The notes under the pieces: model-generated
The model's input: only the letters and a program-made list of their open reading frames with translations
What the model was told of the DNA's origin: nothing
The model's database searches: none
Shown here: in pieces, positions 13,571 to 26,554 of the stretch
Layout: each line of letters opens with the position of its first letter
Position numbering within the stretch: the stretch's first letter is position 1
Position numbers and translations under genes: made by a program
Assembly (NCBI GenBank): GCA_016906335.1
Contig: JADEYG010000007.1
Coordinates: 1,488,001 to 1,552,000, forward strand
From: Novakomyces olei
Taxonomy: Eukaryota
DNA: 64,000 bases
Direction of reading: 5' to 3'

Positions 13571-14095
13571 CGGTTGGGATCGATATCCTCCTCTGTATCT
13601 TTTCGCGATTCATTATTGTTGTTTAATATCAGATGGCAAAATTCAGCATTTACATTAACCTTTTTTCATTTCCTCTACAATCATGTAAATACAAAAGTTT
13701 ACAAACACTGGAGGACAGTCCATTTGAACCGCGACATATAAGGCCTATAGTCCTCTGTGAATTGGGTTTGCATAATCTATTTGTAAGGCAAGCAAACCTC
13801 CATCTGGCAGCATCCCATATCAAATGAATTCAGGTCCATTTCTCAAAGCTAAATATAGGCGCCAGTAAATTGGCTTGTTGAAGGGCTTTTAACAGATAAA
13901 AAAAAGTTGCCACTCGATTTCCTACAAGGGCAGAAAAACTTGGACCGGTAAGAAATGCCTATTTTGTGCGTTTTGCCCTTCTTTAAAGATCGTTGCCGGC
14001 ATTCCCATATCGTGTGTTGAGTATGCCATAGTCCCAAAATACAAAAAGCTCAACCCGCCCAACCAGCCGAATGTCTGAGGAAATACACAAGTTTT

Positions 14096-14713
14096 CTAGC
14101 GCTGAAATTTACGGAGACTCGATAATTCATCGAGAACTTGCTGCAGCCGGGCATCGTCTATACGATCGGCAAGACTTGGGATAAGTGTCTTTGCTTCTTC
14201 CGCTTCTTCACAGCATAAAGTGCCAAGTTGACCTCGCTCGAACGGCCTTAACTGGGGTATCGATTTTAATAAGCTGTTTGTGTCAGAAAAAGTCTGCTAC
14301 TGAATCATTACCGCTCAGCTGCCTGTGCAGACTCGGGCGACGTGAATCTTGCGAACGCATTCGCATAATCAATCGTTTTCCGCATTACACTGATCATTAA
14401 ACAAAGACTCTAGCAGCTTTGATCCATACTCTGTAATGGGAACATCTGCGCCATTCATGGCTTCTTGCCGCTTTGCCAAAACGGCCTCGATCAAGATTTT
14501 TGCTTCGGATACAGTGAGGTTTTGCACGTTTTCAAAGTCTAGAAAATGTTTAATAGTCGTGCGCCGGAACGAAGAGTCGGCTGATTTTGGGGAAAAGCCA
14601 CGAAATAGGGTTTGAAATTGTAGACTGATATTACCATCTGTAAGTTTCAGCTGAGTCGCATCTTCTTCTTGTTGGGGCCGCGATCTGGCAAGTCGTCGTT
14701 CTCTCACCGACAT
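14096..14713 (-). CDS. RPB4: RNA polymerase II subunit Rpb4; 3 introns
   Basis: Spliced product EEDATQLKL...FENVQNLTVSEAKILIEAVL...FERGQLGTLCCEEAEEAKTLIPSLADRIDDARLQQVLDELSSLRKFQR. Confidence 0.93.
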
Positions 14714-14777
14714 GTTTGTGATCCTTTGCAATAAGATTATTGCATTTTATTTATACCGAAAATCACAGTCTGTATGG

Positions 14778-14780
<3 letters not shown>

Positions 14781-14864
<84 letters not shown>
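14781..14864. repeat. (TAA)28 microsatellite in the RPB4/TRS23 divergent intergenic region
   Basis: Direct reading. Confidence 0.97.
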
Positions 14865-14865
<1 letters not shown>

Positions 14866-14930
14866 GTTCAAGACTAGGCCGTTTGTTACCTTTTGTTGAA
14901 CCCTGTTGTTTCAACACTTTAGCAAACAGA

Positions 14931-15335
14931 ATGGCAGTTTTTGCCAGTCTTATAATTAACAAAGCTGGTGGTCTCGTTCACAATCGTTCATATAGCAATG
15001 ATTTACAACAACTTTCTTCCAACGATCTGCTGATTATCGCGGGTACTTTTCACGGCATTCACGCAATCGCGTCGCAAGTCTCACCGGCGGGAAAATCGTC
15101 AGGCATTGAAGTAGTTGAGGCAGACCGCTTTAAACTATTTTGCTTTCAAACTAAGACAGGCACAAAATTTATTGTTTTAACAAGCACATCTGAGCAGGGC
15201 GGACCCGCAATTTTAAACAAGATCTATGTGCTCTATGCGGATTACGTTATGAAGAATCCATTTTACCAGCTCGAAATGCCTATTCGATGTGCCGAGTTTG
15301 ATAAGCATTTAGATTCATTACTGAAGACTATATGA
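14931..15335 (+). CDS. TRS23: TRAPP complex subunit Trs23 (sybindin-like)
   Basis: IINKAGGL, SSNDLLIIAGTFHGIHAI, CFQTKTGTKF, YADYVMKNPFYQLEMPIRC. Confidence 0.95.
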   Translation: MAVFASLIINKAGGLVHNRSYSNDLQQLSSNDLLIIAGTFHGIHAIASQVSPAGKSSGIEVVEADRFKLFCFQTKTGTKFIVLTSTSEQGGPAILNKIYVLYADYVMKNPFYQLEMPIRCAEFDKHLDSLLKTI

Positions 15336-15398
15336 CATTCTTTACTTTATCAATATTACTATTCCACGATGCAAAAGGGTACAGGCTGTCTATTGTGT

Positions 15399-18300
15399 TT
15401 AGATCTGCCAGGAGGCGGCCTCGTCAGCTGGGGTATCATCAGCAAAGCCTGCGGTAATACTGTCAATCATAATATCGCCACAAAGAATACACTCTTCAGA
15501 AATGATATTCTCTAATTGCTCACGTTTCCGCAATTGGCCCTTGGCAATATCTGCCTGCAGTTCTTTGATCTTGCGCCGAGTCCATGCGTTTGACATTTGA
15601 GCCTTCCGTTCCAGGAGGCAATCTGCATGAAACGCGTGTTGGCATGGGAAAACATACATTGGATCTGGCAGCAGTGGAAGCATACATATTCGACAGCGTT
15701 CTCCAGGTTCAATGATAGCAAACCGGTCGTTCAGCTCTTCAATCTTGGTCTTCATTGTGTCCGTGGATATTGCAAACATATCCATCTCGCGATGCAGTGA
15801 ATCAATTTGTCGGCTGTAGTCTTCTAATATTTCGCATATTTCGTCTTTGAACTCGGCAATCGCCAATGTGTCCGGAAGAATTGGGATCAAATCATCAATT
15901 CTGACGTTTTCATTGCTTTTAAGAAGTTCCAGACATCTAGATGCGTTTAGCGGGAATTGAGCAAAATCAAGCGATTGCTTGATGATACAGTATTTATTAA
16001 AAATTGAGTAAATTAAATTAAATAAACAAACAAAATCGAATGAATAACAACAACACGACATGACGTATTTTACCAACAAGTTAGGACAGAAGAAGACCAT
16101 TTGCATTACCTTGGGACTTGATTAGGATCTTTTAGCATTTCTTTCACGACCCTTATCCATAATTGTTTCTTTTGAGTCTCATTTCCACCGCACTGAAGGA
16201 CAACATTGACAGCGAGATCTAGTTCGCCTTTGCTTAGTGAATAATCCACCGCACTGTCGTACTTTTCTTGGGAACAAAAGATGTGTACCGCTGCACGAAA
16301 CAGTTCGTTTTCAACGCATTTGCTCAAGGCAATGTTATAATCAATACTGTGCTTTGATTGCTGTGCAAAGTCGAGATAGTTCAGTATTTGCTCCTCTTGT
16401 TCTTTTCCATACGAAGTAACTAGATTGAAATAGCAATCGTGAACGTCGGTATCTTCAATCTGTTTCTGGAAAATAGCAAATCTCAGAAACCGTATGGCTT
16501 GATTACCGCGAAAAGGTCGGCCTGCAACTGCGTAATGATATGCCAAAAGCGACGGGAGCAGTTGAGAGACATCGACGAGTCCAACAATTCTCATCCATAC
16601 ATCAACAGTCTCATTGGGCATATTTAACATTAACGAGCTCGCGTGCCTGTACAGCACGGGCGAGGAAACACTGTTTCCCAGGGTATCTATAGCGTTTCGC
16701 CACTCAGAGTTCTCAATGTGATAAGAAAATATAAAATCATAGTCCGCAAAGCTCTCTGCCAATTCAATGAGCTCCTTGTCCCGACCATGGCTAACGATTA
16801 ATTGATACGCTGTGCCTTTATGCAAGTCTGCCTTGTGCGCCTTGATAAAGGCCGAGTACGTTAAGGAGACAGTTTGTCTTTCGCCGACCAAGTCCTTTGT
16901 TCCCTCGGGATCAACACTTGTCTTGGACAGAATTTCATTGTCCAGTCCGCACAAGGATGATATCAACAATTCCAGAACCCAAGTTGAAAGCATTACTCGT
17001 TGCATGTATAACTGTAAACATTAGTATTGGCAATATTACATTACGAAGCAATTCAAGGCGCAGCAATTATGACAGGGAAGACTTTTAAACCAAATTTCAA
17101 TAACACAACTTGTTGATGCCGAAAAAAAATGCTGAAAAGTAGCTTGAAACATCAGGGAAATGGATGAATAGAAATTAAAAATTTTAGAAATAAAAACGCC
17201 AATAAAACCAAATGCATACCGCTGCTTTGGGTAACCGTTTTAATCTCAAGAGCAAGTATCGCAACAAAGCTTTCTGTTGATCGTGTTCCATGAATTGTAA
17301 TCCAACATCATGCACAGGTTTGTTGCTTTTCGCAAAATATTCGGCAGCAGCCATATAATCCTTCTTTTCAAAAAGATGCTCCCCATAGGCAATTAATATT
17401 ATGTCCGTCTGAACTGCATCTTTTGCATTGGCCAGAGCCTTTTCAAACTCCCCATTATCCAAGTATAACAAGGGCATAGACCGATCTTCATCTGTAATTA
17501 CAAGCTCCAGTAAAGTTTCGCGCGAACAGATCCAATATGTGTTTCTAACCGGGTCAGATGCAAGCGCTAGAACTTGCTCATGCCCCTCGGAAAAGACATG
17601 TTGCCGATATGCAGAGCTGCTGGAGTACAAATTGATCGCCACAATTTCATTCCCATTCAATATTATCAAATGATAATGCGTGAGCGTTATCAAAAGTGGG
17701 TCCAGGGGAGACGAAATACTGAAATTGTTAGATATCAAGTTTGTAAAAGGGAAGACTGAAATAAAATAATTTATTCATGAAAGAGAGAAATCCAAAAATA
17801 ACAGTATTGTCTAGGCATTTCAAGTCAAACAAATTCTAAATTATTCGTTTTTAGTCCTTATATACCTGTAGTGTGATGTTATTTCCGAAAGCTGCTTTTG
17901 GCCATTCACGCAATCTCTTAAAGAGCCATACAACACCTGACTATTGTGTAACCACGCAAAATTGCTTGTCATCGTCTCCGAGTCCAAGTAAACGCTCAAC
18001 ATGCGCTCCTGCGACTGCTCAACCGTGATAATACCAGTCTTGTTCTCGTTAGTTATGACGGTCCCGAGTCCAGCTGAGCTGGGCGTGTCAATATCGGTGT
18101 AAAGCGATAATTGTGTCCTTGTACAAAACAAAACCCAATTCTTTGCATGTAAATCGTCCTTGTAGCCCTGGAATATAGAAGCTATGGCTTCTCGGTCTTC
18201 CGATTGGTAAACCTAGATGTCAATAGTCTGCTCAGTCGTTCGGTCAATAATTGGATAGATCTCAGACAAACGAATTATTTCCAAAAAAAAAATATTATTA

Positions 18301-19032
18301 TTAATTGCTCGATTGATTAATTTATTATAATAATTTGAAGAGAACTGTGGTCAAACCTTTTTCATTGTCTTGTCTTCCCATTTAAATATCTCACTTGACG
18401 CGTCTAACGCAGTTTCATAAATAGACCCGTCAGAAAGACCAAGCAAAATCTCGCGAGTACTATTATGAGAAGAATTTTGGTTCCATGCAATGCACTCAAT
18501 AGATAGCCCCTTTAAACGCTGAACATGCTTCACCTTGTACTGAATTTCGTTCGGAATAGTTTCGCAATCTATCGTTACGTAAAACACGTCGCGCTGTTTC
18601 GTCATTATAATCAGATGCCGTCCGGTCGGATCGAGATACGCTTTCCATAGCTGAACAGTATCGTTGCGTTTACGGGTAAGACTGATAGCTATAGTAATTG
18701 TCAGCATCAGCATATACTGCACCGACAAAGGACAGCGTCATACTTTCCACGACCGTAGGATTCGACAGATTTGTTACGATAATAGAGCCGGATACTTGGG
18801 GTAAAACAAGAACATCGTTTGCAATGCACATATCGGCATTGGAGAGATCGAATTGCGGTTGCACTTGTTCAATTTTGAATAAGGGGAGCAATTGTCGATC
18901 CACCCCCGTTGAGATGAACGGCTCATCAATCTGTATATATTGTTAGTCACGCACAAACCAGCCAGAAAAACGTACCGGCGCAATTAATGAGCCTTCGGCA
19001 TTCGGCCGAATGCCGCCTTCAAGAGCCGCCAT
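15399..19032 (-). CDS. VPS18: HOPS/CORVET core subunit Vps18/Pep3; 6 introns
   Basis: LDPTGRHLII, LTHYHLIIL, IDDLIPILPD...FKDEIC, RING-H2 FPCQHAFHADCL...CILCGDIMI; canonical introns keep frame. Confidence 0.92.
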
Positions 19033-19280
19033 GGCTCAGAGCCAGCTGTATCACGCTTTAATCCAAGGAAAGTTGCGACAAGTGTATTGGTGTCATTATA
19101 TATATACCGCTCAATAGCCCTACCATATCTATCAATCAACTTTTAACATTTATTTAGCAATTAGTTATCTGTTTATAATTTATTTATTTATCTAATTAAA
19201 AAACCAAAATTATTTACAATTAATTTATTTCAAGTCTCCCCTAAAAATAATAGTCAAGAAGCTGCAAAGCAGATGGTGCA

Positions 19281-20869
19281 ATGGACGAATCGCAGTTAGA
19301 AATGTTTAAACCACCAATTCATCGTTGTATGAAGTCTTTGGAACGAAATGCTTTTACAAAGACCGTGAACTTGTTAGCTGCCCGTGTCCCGGACAAGCTT
19401 ATTGGCATTTTTCAAAAGCAATGTCGAAGGTATGATCTTACAGATAAGATTCAAAAGATACGTTTTAGATAAAGAACAATTAAACAAAATTTAAGATGAA
19501 TCAAAAACATTGAATCTATCTTATTTATGTCACAGTGACTTTATGATGCTGCCTCGTCTGCGTCGAGTAATACAAACGCCGCGTGGCAAAATGATCTGTC
19601 TCGGTCCTGCTTCGCTGGACAGGAGCCGGCTCAGTTTAAAAACTCAGAATTTTATAGAGGCCAATGGCATCACTTTACACGAAATGCCTGTTACATTAGA
19701 CTACAATTATTGGCACGTGGGTGAGTTATCAATCGTGGAAAGACTTTGGAATATACAAACATCAAAACAATTAATTTCTCTAACACTTGGATTGAACAGA
19801 CGACATCTTGGATGCGATTTTGCCGACTGGACCTGATAGTCAGCGACCTTCGGGGTACACTATAGTGGGCCATATTGCACATTTGAATTTACGGGATGAA
19901 TGGCTCCCTTACAAAAAATTAATAGGTGAAGTAGTGATGGACAAGAACCCAACTGTACGTACGGTCGTTAACAAGACGGACACGATTGATACGACGTTTC
20001 GCACATTTAAAATGGAAGTACTGGCTGGTGAGCCGAATTTTATGGTGCGCCACAAGGAGACAGACTGCATTTTTGAGTTTGATTTCTCCACTGTTTACTG
20101 GAATTCGAGACTTCACACGGAACATGAACGATTTGTTGAGTTATTTAAAGAAGGCGATGCCGTATGCGATGTGTTTGCAGGTGTGGGACCTTTTGTCTGC
20201 CCTGCTGGCAAAAAAGAGGTTTTTTGCTTAGCAAATGACCTAAACCCACAGTCTTACAAATACTTGTGCCATAATATCGAACTGAACAAAGTAGGGTCCT
20301 TCGTTAAGCCTTACTGTCTGGATGGCAGGGATTTTATTAGGAGGTCAACCCGGGAACTGCTGGATTGGTCGGCCTCTAAAAAATTTGTAACTATTGGGCC
20401 TAAATCAAGAAGACTGGCAAAACATCCTGAACTAAACAACAACAGCAAAATTAAAGACGGAAAATCCAAAAGAACAGCCATACCCATACCTTCTCGCTTT
20501 GATCATTATGTCATGAATCTTCCTGCCTCTGCTGTCGAGTTTCTCGATGCTTTTCGTGGGATTTACAATCAGCCAGAATATGTGAAGGGCATGACAAAAT
20601 TGCCAAAAATTCATGTGCACAGTTTTTCCAAAGAGGAAGATGCAAAGGGCGATCTTCATACGCGGATATGCAAATATTTAGGTTATGATTTGAATATAGA
20701 CGACTTGTCAGTGCGATGGGTCCGCAAGGTTGCTCCAAACAAGGTGAGTTTTGCAACAAACAAATACATTGAAATTATGATACTCGAAGGAAAGCGGCTA
20801 ACACGCGTTTAGGATCTCTATTGTTGTACTTTTCAATTACCCACAGAAGTAGCGTTTGCAGAGGATTGA
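19281..20869 (+). CDS. TRM5: tRNA (guanine37-N1)-methyltransferase; 3 introns
   Basis: GHIAHLNLR, VYWNSRLHTEHER, DVFAGVGPF, ANDLNP, VMNLPASAVEFL, VRKVAPNK. Confidence 0.96.
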
Positions 20870-21119
20870 TGGCGGCATTTGTACGTATGTTTTATTAATA
20901 GACAGTTTGGAAGTGAAAGAAACAATAATATTCGTCGTATTGAAGTGCGAAAAGCATTAGCGTAGTGCAGTCTCAGTGTATATTGCATTTCTAGTATTCA
21001 AACGTGCTTACAACAGCACGTTTAAACTTTTACCCGCTCTATAAAACTTATAAATGCACTTTGAATTAAATAAACCTTATTAAACTGGGTAAAACCCAAT
21101 CATTTAACGACTACACTGC

Positions 21120-22871
21120 TTAAATTTGCTCCTGTGCCTCTTCCTCTAGAGCACCTTGCTCTTCGTCTTCATCAAAAGCATCCATAGGGCAGCTATAGAA
21201 TCGCAAGATCGGCTTGTTGGGATCCTTGACAAGGACGTATTTGCCATCAGGCTGAGCCAGACACATATCGGCAATTGTTCGGATAACACCCCAGCCATTA
21301 GAGATGCTATGGTTCATCTGAGAGGCAAAGTCCCGTGGATTGTATCCAAAAACACCGAGAACCGAATGCTTTGAGGCATCTCTAGCATTCACACGGGTCA
21401 CAAATCCGAGCTTTATAGTATCACAGCCGGCTAAAACTGCCTGTGATACCCATCGAGCCAGTTTGCAAGAGTTATTCTTCATCTCTGTGGCCACAACACT
21501 TCCTCTCTGTGCGTCTAACTTGCTCCGCCAATCAACGGAATTTCCTCCCGAGCCTTGAGCCTTTGAGTCAAATTCGTTCAGGGCCTTTATGGTGAGGTAC
21601 TGGGTTTCACCACCGGCAGTCCGCAAGAACCCGTCCACTTCTGTGCGTACAATCAGGGAAACAGGAGCCTCAGATGAGGTGGATATATCAAATTTGCGGT
21701 AACGGTAGCCCCTTCCAGAGCAAGGCTCGGTCTCCTCCTCTGCGTTATAAAAAGGGTTGGCATTATCAAACTCCAACCGGTTCTCATCGCTCTCCATAAT
21801 GACCTGCTGGCTGAAATTTTGATTGATAAAAGTAGCCTCCAGGGCAAGAGCCTGCGGGGAATTAATTGTCTCCTTTGACCCCTCGGCCGGCTCCATTGGA
21901 GGATCAGGAGCATTTTCGTTAACGCTCACATAGTCAAACGGGTTCATATAGTTATCGCGCTTATCGAAGTAGAGTTTATTGCCCTCGCGCGTTACTACAA
22001 TGTCCCACGGGTGGGCACTGCGAGTCGCACACATGAGCAGGCTCAGGATATTGTCGGTAGCAAAGATCTGAGCTTGATCGGAGACAGCCAATTCCTGAAT
22101 AATCGGGTCATCTGTAGTCGTAGTGTTATAATGCACACGGTCGATGGTCTGCAGCGGCCGCTCTGTGCGGACGGATAACTTATCGTAAGACTTGTCGTAT
22201 GCGTATATAAAGCCATAAGTGCCCACATCCTGGCCTTCTCCAATATCCAAGTTCAATTTTTGTAGTCGGCTGTACTCAATCTCCTCAAGCATAATCCAAT
22301 CGTGCTGCACCGTGACGCTTGCATCACGCAGCCGCTGTGGTTTCTCAAAATCCTTCCAGCCAAACCGACGGCCACGGCCCCCACCTTGACCCCCACCTTG
22401 GCCCCCACCGTTAGCGTAACCCCCACGGCGCCCACCAAAATCAGCACGCTGCCCAAAACGGCCAGTTCCGCCTCGACCACGAGCAGCAGCTCCTCCACGT
22501 CCACGCGGCTTTAACAGTGTGCCTCCAGTCCTCGAAGCCAGTCGTGACCGAACAGACGCGTTTCGATCGACCACGGAAAAGGAAGACTCGTCTTCCATAT
22601 GTTGGTAGGCAAACATAGACGTCGCCCCAGAGCCGTAGACCTGATTTTCACGGAACCTGGATCCGTACCAGCCCGGCCGTGCTCGCGTGTCGCCAGCACG
22701 AGCAGCGTCCTTGGGGAACTCTGCTGTCCAATCAGCTGCCCGGCCCAGCCGATCGCTCTTGCTGAACGGAGCAAGAGGCATATCCTGCGTCGTGGTAGTG
22801 TCCACCGTATCGCCCGGTCCCCATCTGTCGGGGGATTGGGCCACGTGCGGCAGCTTGAACGCGGCCACCAT
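21120..22871 (-). CDS. EIF3D: Translation initiation factor eIF3 subunit D (Moe1)
   Basis: PFSKSDRLGRAADW, TTTDDPII, DWRSKLDAQRGSVVATEMKNNSCKLARW, GKYVLVKDPNKP; intronless. Confidence 0.97.
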   Translation of the reverse strand: MVAAFKLPHVAQSPDRWGPGDTVDTTTTQDMPLAPFSKSDRLGRAADWTAEFPKDAARAGDTRARPGWYGSRFRENQVYGSGATSMFAYQHMEDESSFSVVDRNASVRSRLASRTGGTLLKPRGRGGAAARGRGGTGRFGQRADFGGRRGGYANGGGQGGGQGGGRGRRFGWKDFEKPQRLRDASVTVQHDWIMLEEIEYSRLQKLNLDIGEGQDVGTYGFIYAYDKSYDKLSVRTERPLQTIDRVHYNTTTTDDPIIQELAVSDQAQIFATDNILSLLMCATRSAHPWDIVVTREGNKLYFDKRDNYMNPFDYVSVNENAPDPPMEPAEGSKETINSPQALALEATFINQNFSQQVIMESDENRLEFDNANPFYNAEEETEPCSGRGYRYRKFDISTSSEAPVSLIVRTEVDGFLRTAGGETQYLTIKALNEFDSKAQGSGGNSVDWRSKLDAQRGSVVATEMKNNSCKLARWVSQAVLAGCDTIKLGFVTRVNARDASKHSVLGVFGYNPRDFASQMNHSISNGWGVIRTIADMCLAQPDGKYVLVKDPNKPILRFYSCPMDAFDEDEEQGALEEEAQEQI

Positions 22872-23002
22872 TGCTCTGAAATTTTTTGCTGTCTTGATTA
22901 TTTCTTTTATTTATTTATTTTTTTTTAAATAATATTCGTGCAGAATAATAATGTAAGTCGGTTAAGTGTAGTAGCATGAGGAGACCTGTACTATAAGAAG
23001 CA

Positions 23003-23082
23003 TTAGGGTTTGTTAGGGTTTACTAAGGTTAATTAAAAATCATTAGGGTTAATGAGGCCAGTTTCAAGTTTGTTAGGGTTAG
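23003..23082. promoter_or_regulatory. Cluster of four TTAGGGTT motifs in the eIF3d/PSF2 divergent promoter (putative Tbf1/Teb1-type sites)
   Basis: TTAGGG at 23003, 23013, 23043 and 23073; the same motif recurs in four other intergenic regions. Confidence 0.6.
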
Positions 23083-23241
23083 CTTTGCTTGTAATTTATA
23101 ACGATTTACTAATATTAGTTGCTTAATTATTGTGAAATTCGCGCCATTCGGTAGATATCTTATATATATATTCATTCGTTTGTATCACAAAGTCCAAATC
23201 CAAGACTTGATTAGTCATTCGTTCTCTGTCCGTTTAAACAG

Positions 23242-23970
23242 ATGGCGCTGCCGGCGCATCTGCAGGCGTCGCTTTCCCCTGCAGAAGTCGTGTTTGCCGC
23301 CGGATTCGAACGTGTCGTTGTCGTTCCACGAGCGCGTATTGCTGGTTTTAGGCTGATTGGTGTAATTATTCTTGTTTTTTGCTGCAACGATTTTACGCGT
23401 ATATTAACCATCTAGGGCCAAGTACCGGATCTACGACCGCCGTACAAGTGCCAGCTTCCAATCTGGCTGGCATTGATGCTAAAACGGCAACAAAAAGTGC
23501 AAATAGAACCTCCCAAATGGCTGCAGACTGATGCGCTACAGCAGTTGCTCTCAGAAGAAACTGCGTCTCGCGAGCAGTTTTCCGCTCTGCCTTACAATTG
23601 GTTGGAGATTTCTACTACGCTTCTAGAACAGTGAGTCTTTTGATTTTGGTTGCTAATGCATCTGCTCACGACCAGGGCAACCGAAGACGTACCAGAAGCT
23701 GATAAAATACGATCGCTTATTCGCGATCTTGTCGAAGTCCGTGAAAGCAAAGCACGTGACGGGCTAGCACAGTTGAATGAAGACTACTTACAGGTCGACA
23801 ACCTTGGTGCAATGGAGCTCAACGAAATTCGGCCTGTTTTTTGTGCGACGATGGACAATATACGCAGCATAACTGCCACTGCTGTTCCGGAAGAAGAGGA
23901 AAACGAGCAGGAGAACAATGCTCTAGACGACCAAGACGATTTTGGTGCTAGGCCTTCGTCTAATGTATAG
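23242..23970 (+). CDS. PSF2: GINS complex subunit Psf2; 2 introns
   Basis: MALPAHLQASLSPAEV, LPIWLALMLKRQQK...PPKWL, FSALPYNWLEIS, IRSLIRDLVEVRESKARDGL, NLGAMELNEIRP. Confidence 0.95.
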
Positions 23971-24405
23971 GCTTGGAATTGTTATGATACCCGTTGTGAT
24001 TCCAAATGATTCCGATTAAATGATACCCATCTCGAATTACAGTTTGTGAGCATAGAATGGCTTCTACTGATTCTCAATATTACAGGACCATGAGCGCGCT
24101 CTGAGTTTATGTTTAGAGCTTGTACAATAATGCAATTGTGTTTGCAAATTAATTCTTTATGCTGTTTAGTCGTTGTTTGCGTATTCTCGCCTTGCGAGTC
24201 GAACAGAGCAAACGAAAAGCCATATTATTATTTCGGTAAACCCTAACCCTTAATATATTATTATTAAAATTATAGTAAGGGCACGGAGCAATATTTACGT
24301 AAATAATTAGAATTGTGAATCTTTAGGGGTTTATATAATCCACTCGAAGCATTGGCAGTTGACGGCAATAATTCACAATGTCTTGACAGCACTATTGCCG
24401 ATAGT

Positions 24406-26354
24406 ATGGCGATTCCCGCACAACAGCGCAAAAGCGCTCGCCTTGCAAAACTCGAAATTGATACTCAGTCACCGCCAGAAAGCAGTGATGAGGGAACACC
24501 GAGTAAGTCTTCCTTTGGTGTTGCGGCCGGACGCGTCTCCCTAACGGACCGGTTGGTCCGGCCGTTGGCGATCCCGCTCTTAAAACAAAAAGCCAAAGAG
24601 CCGCCTCATGTGCAAATCCCACCCCCACCGCCTGCTATGGTGGGAGCAATGCAGCCGGCACTCGACGCGGATGGACCAATATCCTTCTCCCATTGGCTGC
24701 GACTATACGCCTCACGATCTGTGTCCTTTATATGCTCATTTTCCTTTTTATCTGCTGTGCTAGTGGCCGCTAGTGTTCGCGCTATTATTCCGAGCTTTTT
24801 GCGCCTGTTTTCACGTATCGCGTTACGCGATCCAGATCGTAATCGGCCACTACGTCAGCGTGAACGTACTCTGGATCAGCAGCATTCTTACGACGCGACG
24901 AGGTTAGTTTGCAGTGTGGAATATTACGCAAGGTTGCAAGAAATCAAGGCTACGCCTCACCTGGTAGAGACGGCCGACGGATTCTTGTTGGAGCTGTACC
25001 ACTTGGAGGCCATCGACAGCATCCCGGAGGGGAATAAAGGTGGGTTTGCTAGCGCTTATATTTGACTAATAATAAGAAAAAATTCCTGTTTTGTTAATGC
25101 ACGGGCTGCTACAGTCTTCAGGTGCATTCTGCGTTAACGACAGCGATTCCTTGGCGTTTTATCTTTGCAAAAGGTAAGTTGGATCTTCGTGGGACGATAC
25201 TGGTACACATTTATGTCGGCTTTATCCACCCGTTTTATAATCTCAAAGCCTCAATAATTTAGTTGGTTCCAAGATATATTGAGGATTGAGGGGTTTTTAG
25301 CGTCTGCAAGATGGCCCAGAATTAAATTATTGAATGCTAAACCCGACATCGTTTTTGTTTAATTATGAAATGATTTAACATGAGCAGAGGATTCGATGTT
25401 TGGCTCGGAAACAATCGGTGCTGGTTCAAGCCGCGGCACCGCCGTTACTCTTACAATGATCCACGGATGTGGGCATGGAACGTGCGTGATATGGGCACAC
25501 AGGATTTGCCTGCTCTAGTTGATTACGTTTTGGAAACAACGGGAAATATAAAAGTATAATAATTATTTTGATTTATTTGATACATTTCTAACTTTTCAAG
25601 CTTGCTCTTGTTGCACATAGTCAAGGTACAACGCAAACATTTATGGCACTTTCTCGGGGTCAAGTTCCGGAATTGGGAGAAAAGCTTTCATGTTTTTGTG
25701 CATTGGCGCCGGCTGTGTTTGCCGGCCCGTTAATCAATCACTTTACGTTCAAATTCATGAAGAAAATTGGAACCCATGGATTTCGTATATTTTTTGGCGT
25801 TCATGCCTTTATCCCTTTTATGCTGGTAAGTAAAAGATATCATTTTTTTTTCGAGCCATAGATGCTAGTTTATTAATAAAGCAGTCAGCTAACTCTTAAA
25901 GTTTATGCATAGAATTTTGCCGGGCAAAATCTACGGCAAACTGGGCTATATGGTTCTGTCTTACTTGTTTGGGTGGAACGATTTGCTGTGGGACAGACGC
26001 CTTCGTGACCGCTTTTTTCAATTCTCGCCAACGTACGTGTCGGCGGAATCTATGCGATGGTGGATGAGGGAATTTGCCGTAAAGCAATGTATATTGGAGG
26101 ATAAAGATGAGCCATGGTACGATGAGCGTTTGCCCCCCATAGCTCTCTGGATTGGGGGTCAAGACGAGCTGGTGGATGGATCAAGGCTGCTTGATCGTTT
26201 GGAAAATCGCGAGCCCCAGGTTCGGTTGGCTTACACGTCCAGGATCCCAGATTATTCGCATCTAGACGTGCTATGGGCAATGGACGCTATGGAGCAAGTA
26301 AACATACCCTTGAGCAAGATATTACTGGAGACGTGGACGGGAAATGATGATTAG
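24406..26354 (+). CDS. AB-hydrolase lipase/steryl esterase (Tgl1/Yeh-like); 4 introns
   Basis: ETADGFLLELYH, LLMHGLLQSSG, GFDVWLGNNR, nucleophile elbow AHSQG, DYSHLDVLWA. Confidence 0.9.
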
Positions 26355-26554
26355 ATGTGGCCTTTTGCAGCTATGAAAGGGTTGATAGAAAATCTAGCAG
26401 CACTGGACGTGTGTACTTGTACTATACAAAACTTTATAGACTAATAAAGGGGTAAATATTATGCAGAAACGAAATTCTTTAAAAGAAAAAATGGCAGGCA
26501 GCACTATTGCTAGTTACTATAGATAAACGACTTTGTCACAATTAAAGTCAAGAT

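Noticed and set aside
13706-13760. GAGGAC/GTCCTC hairpin between nbl1 and RPB4
   Set aside because: Short stem in a probable 3' UTR with no convincing ncRNA boxes.
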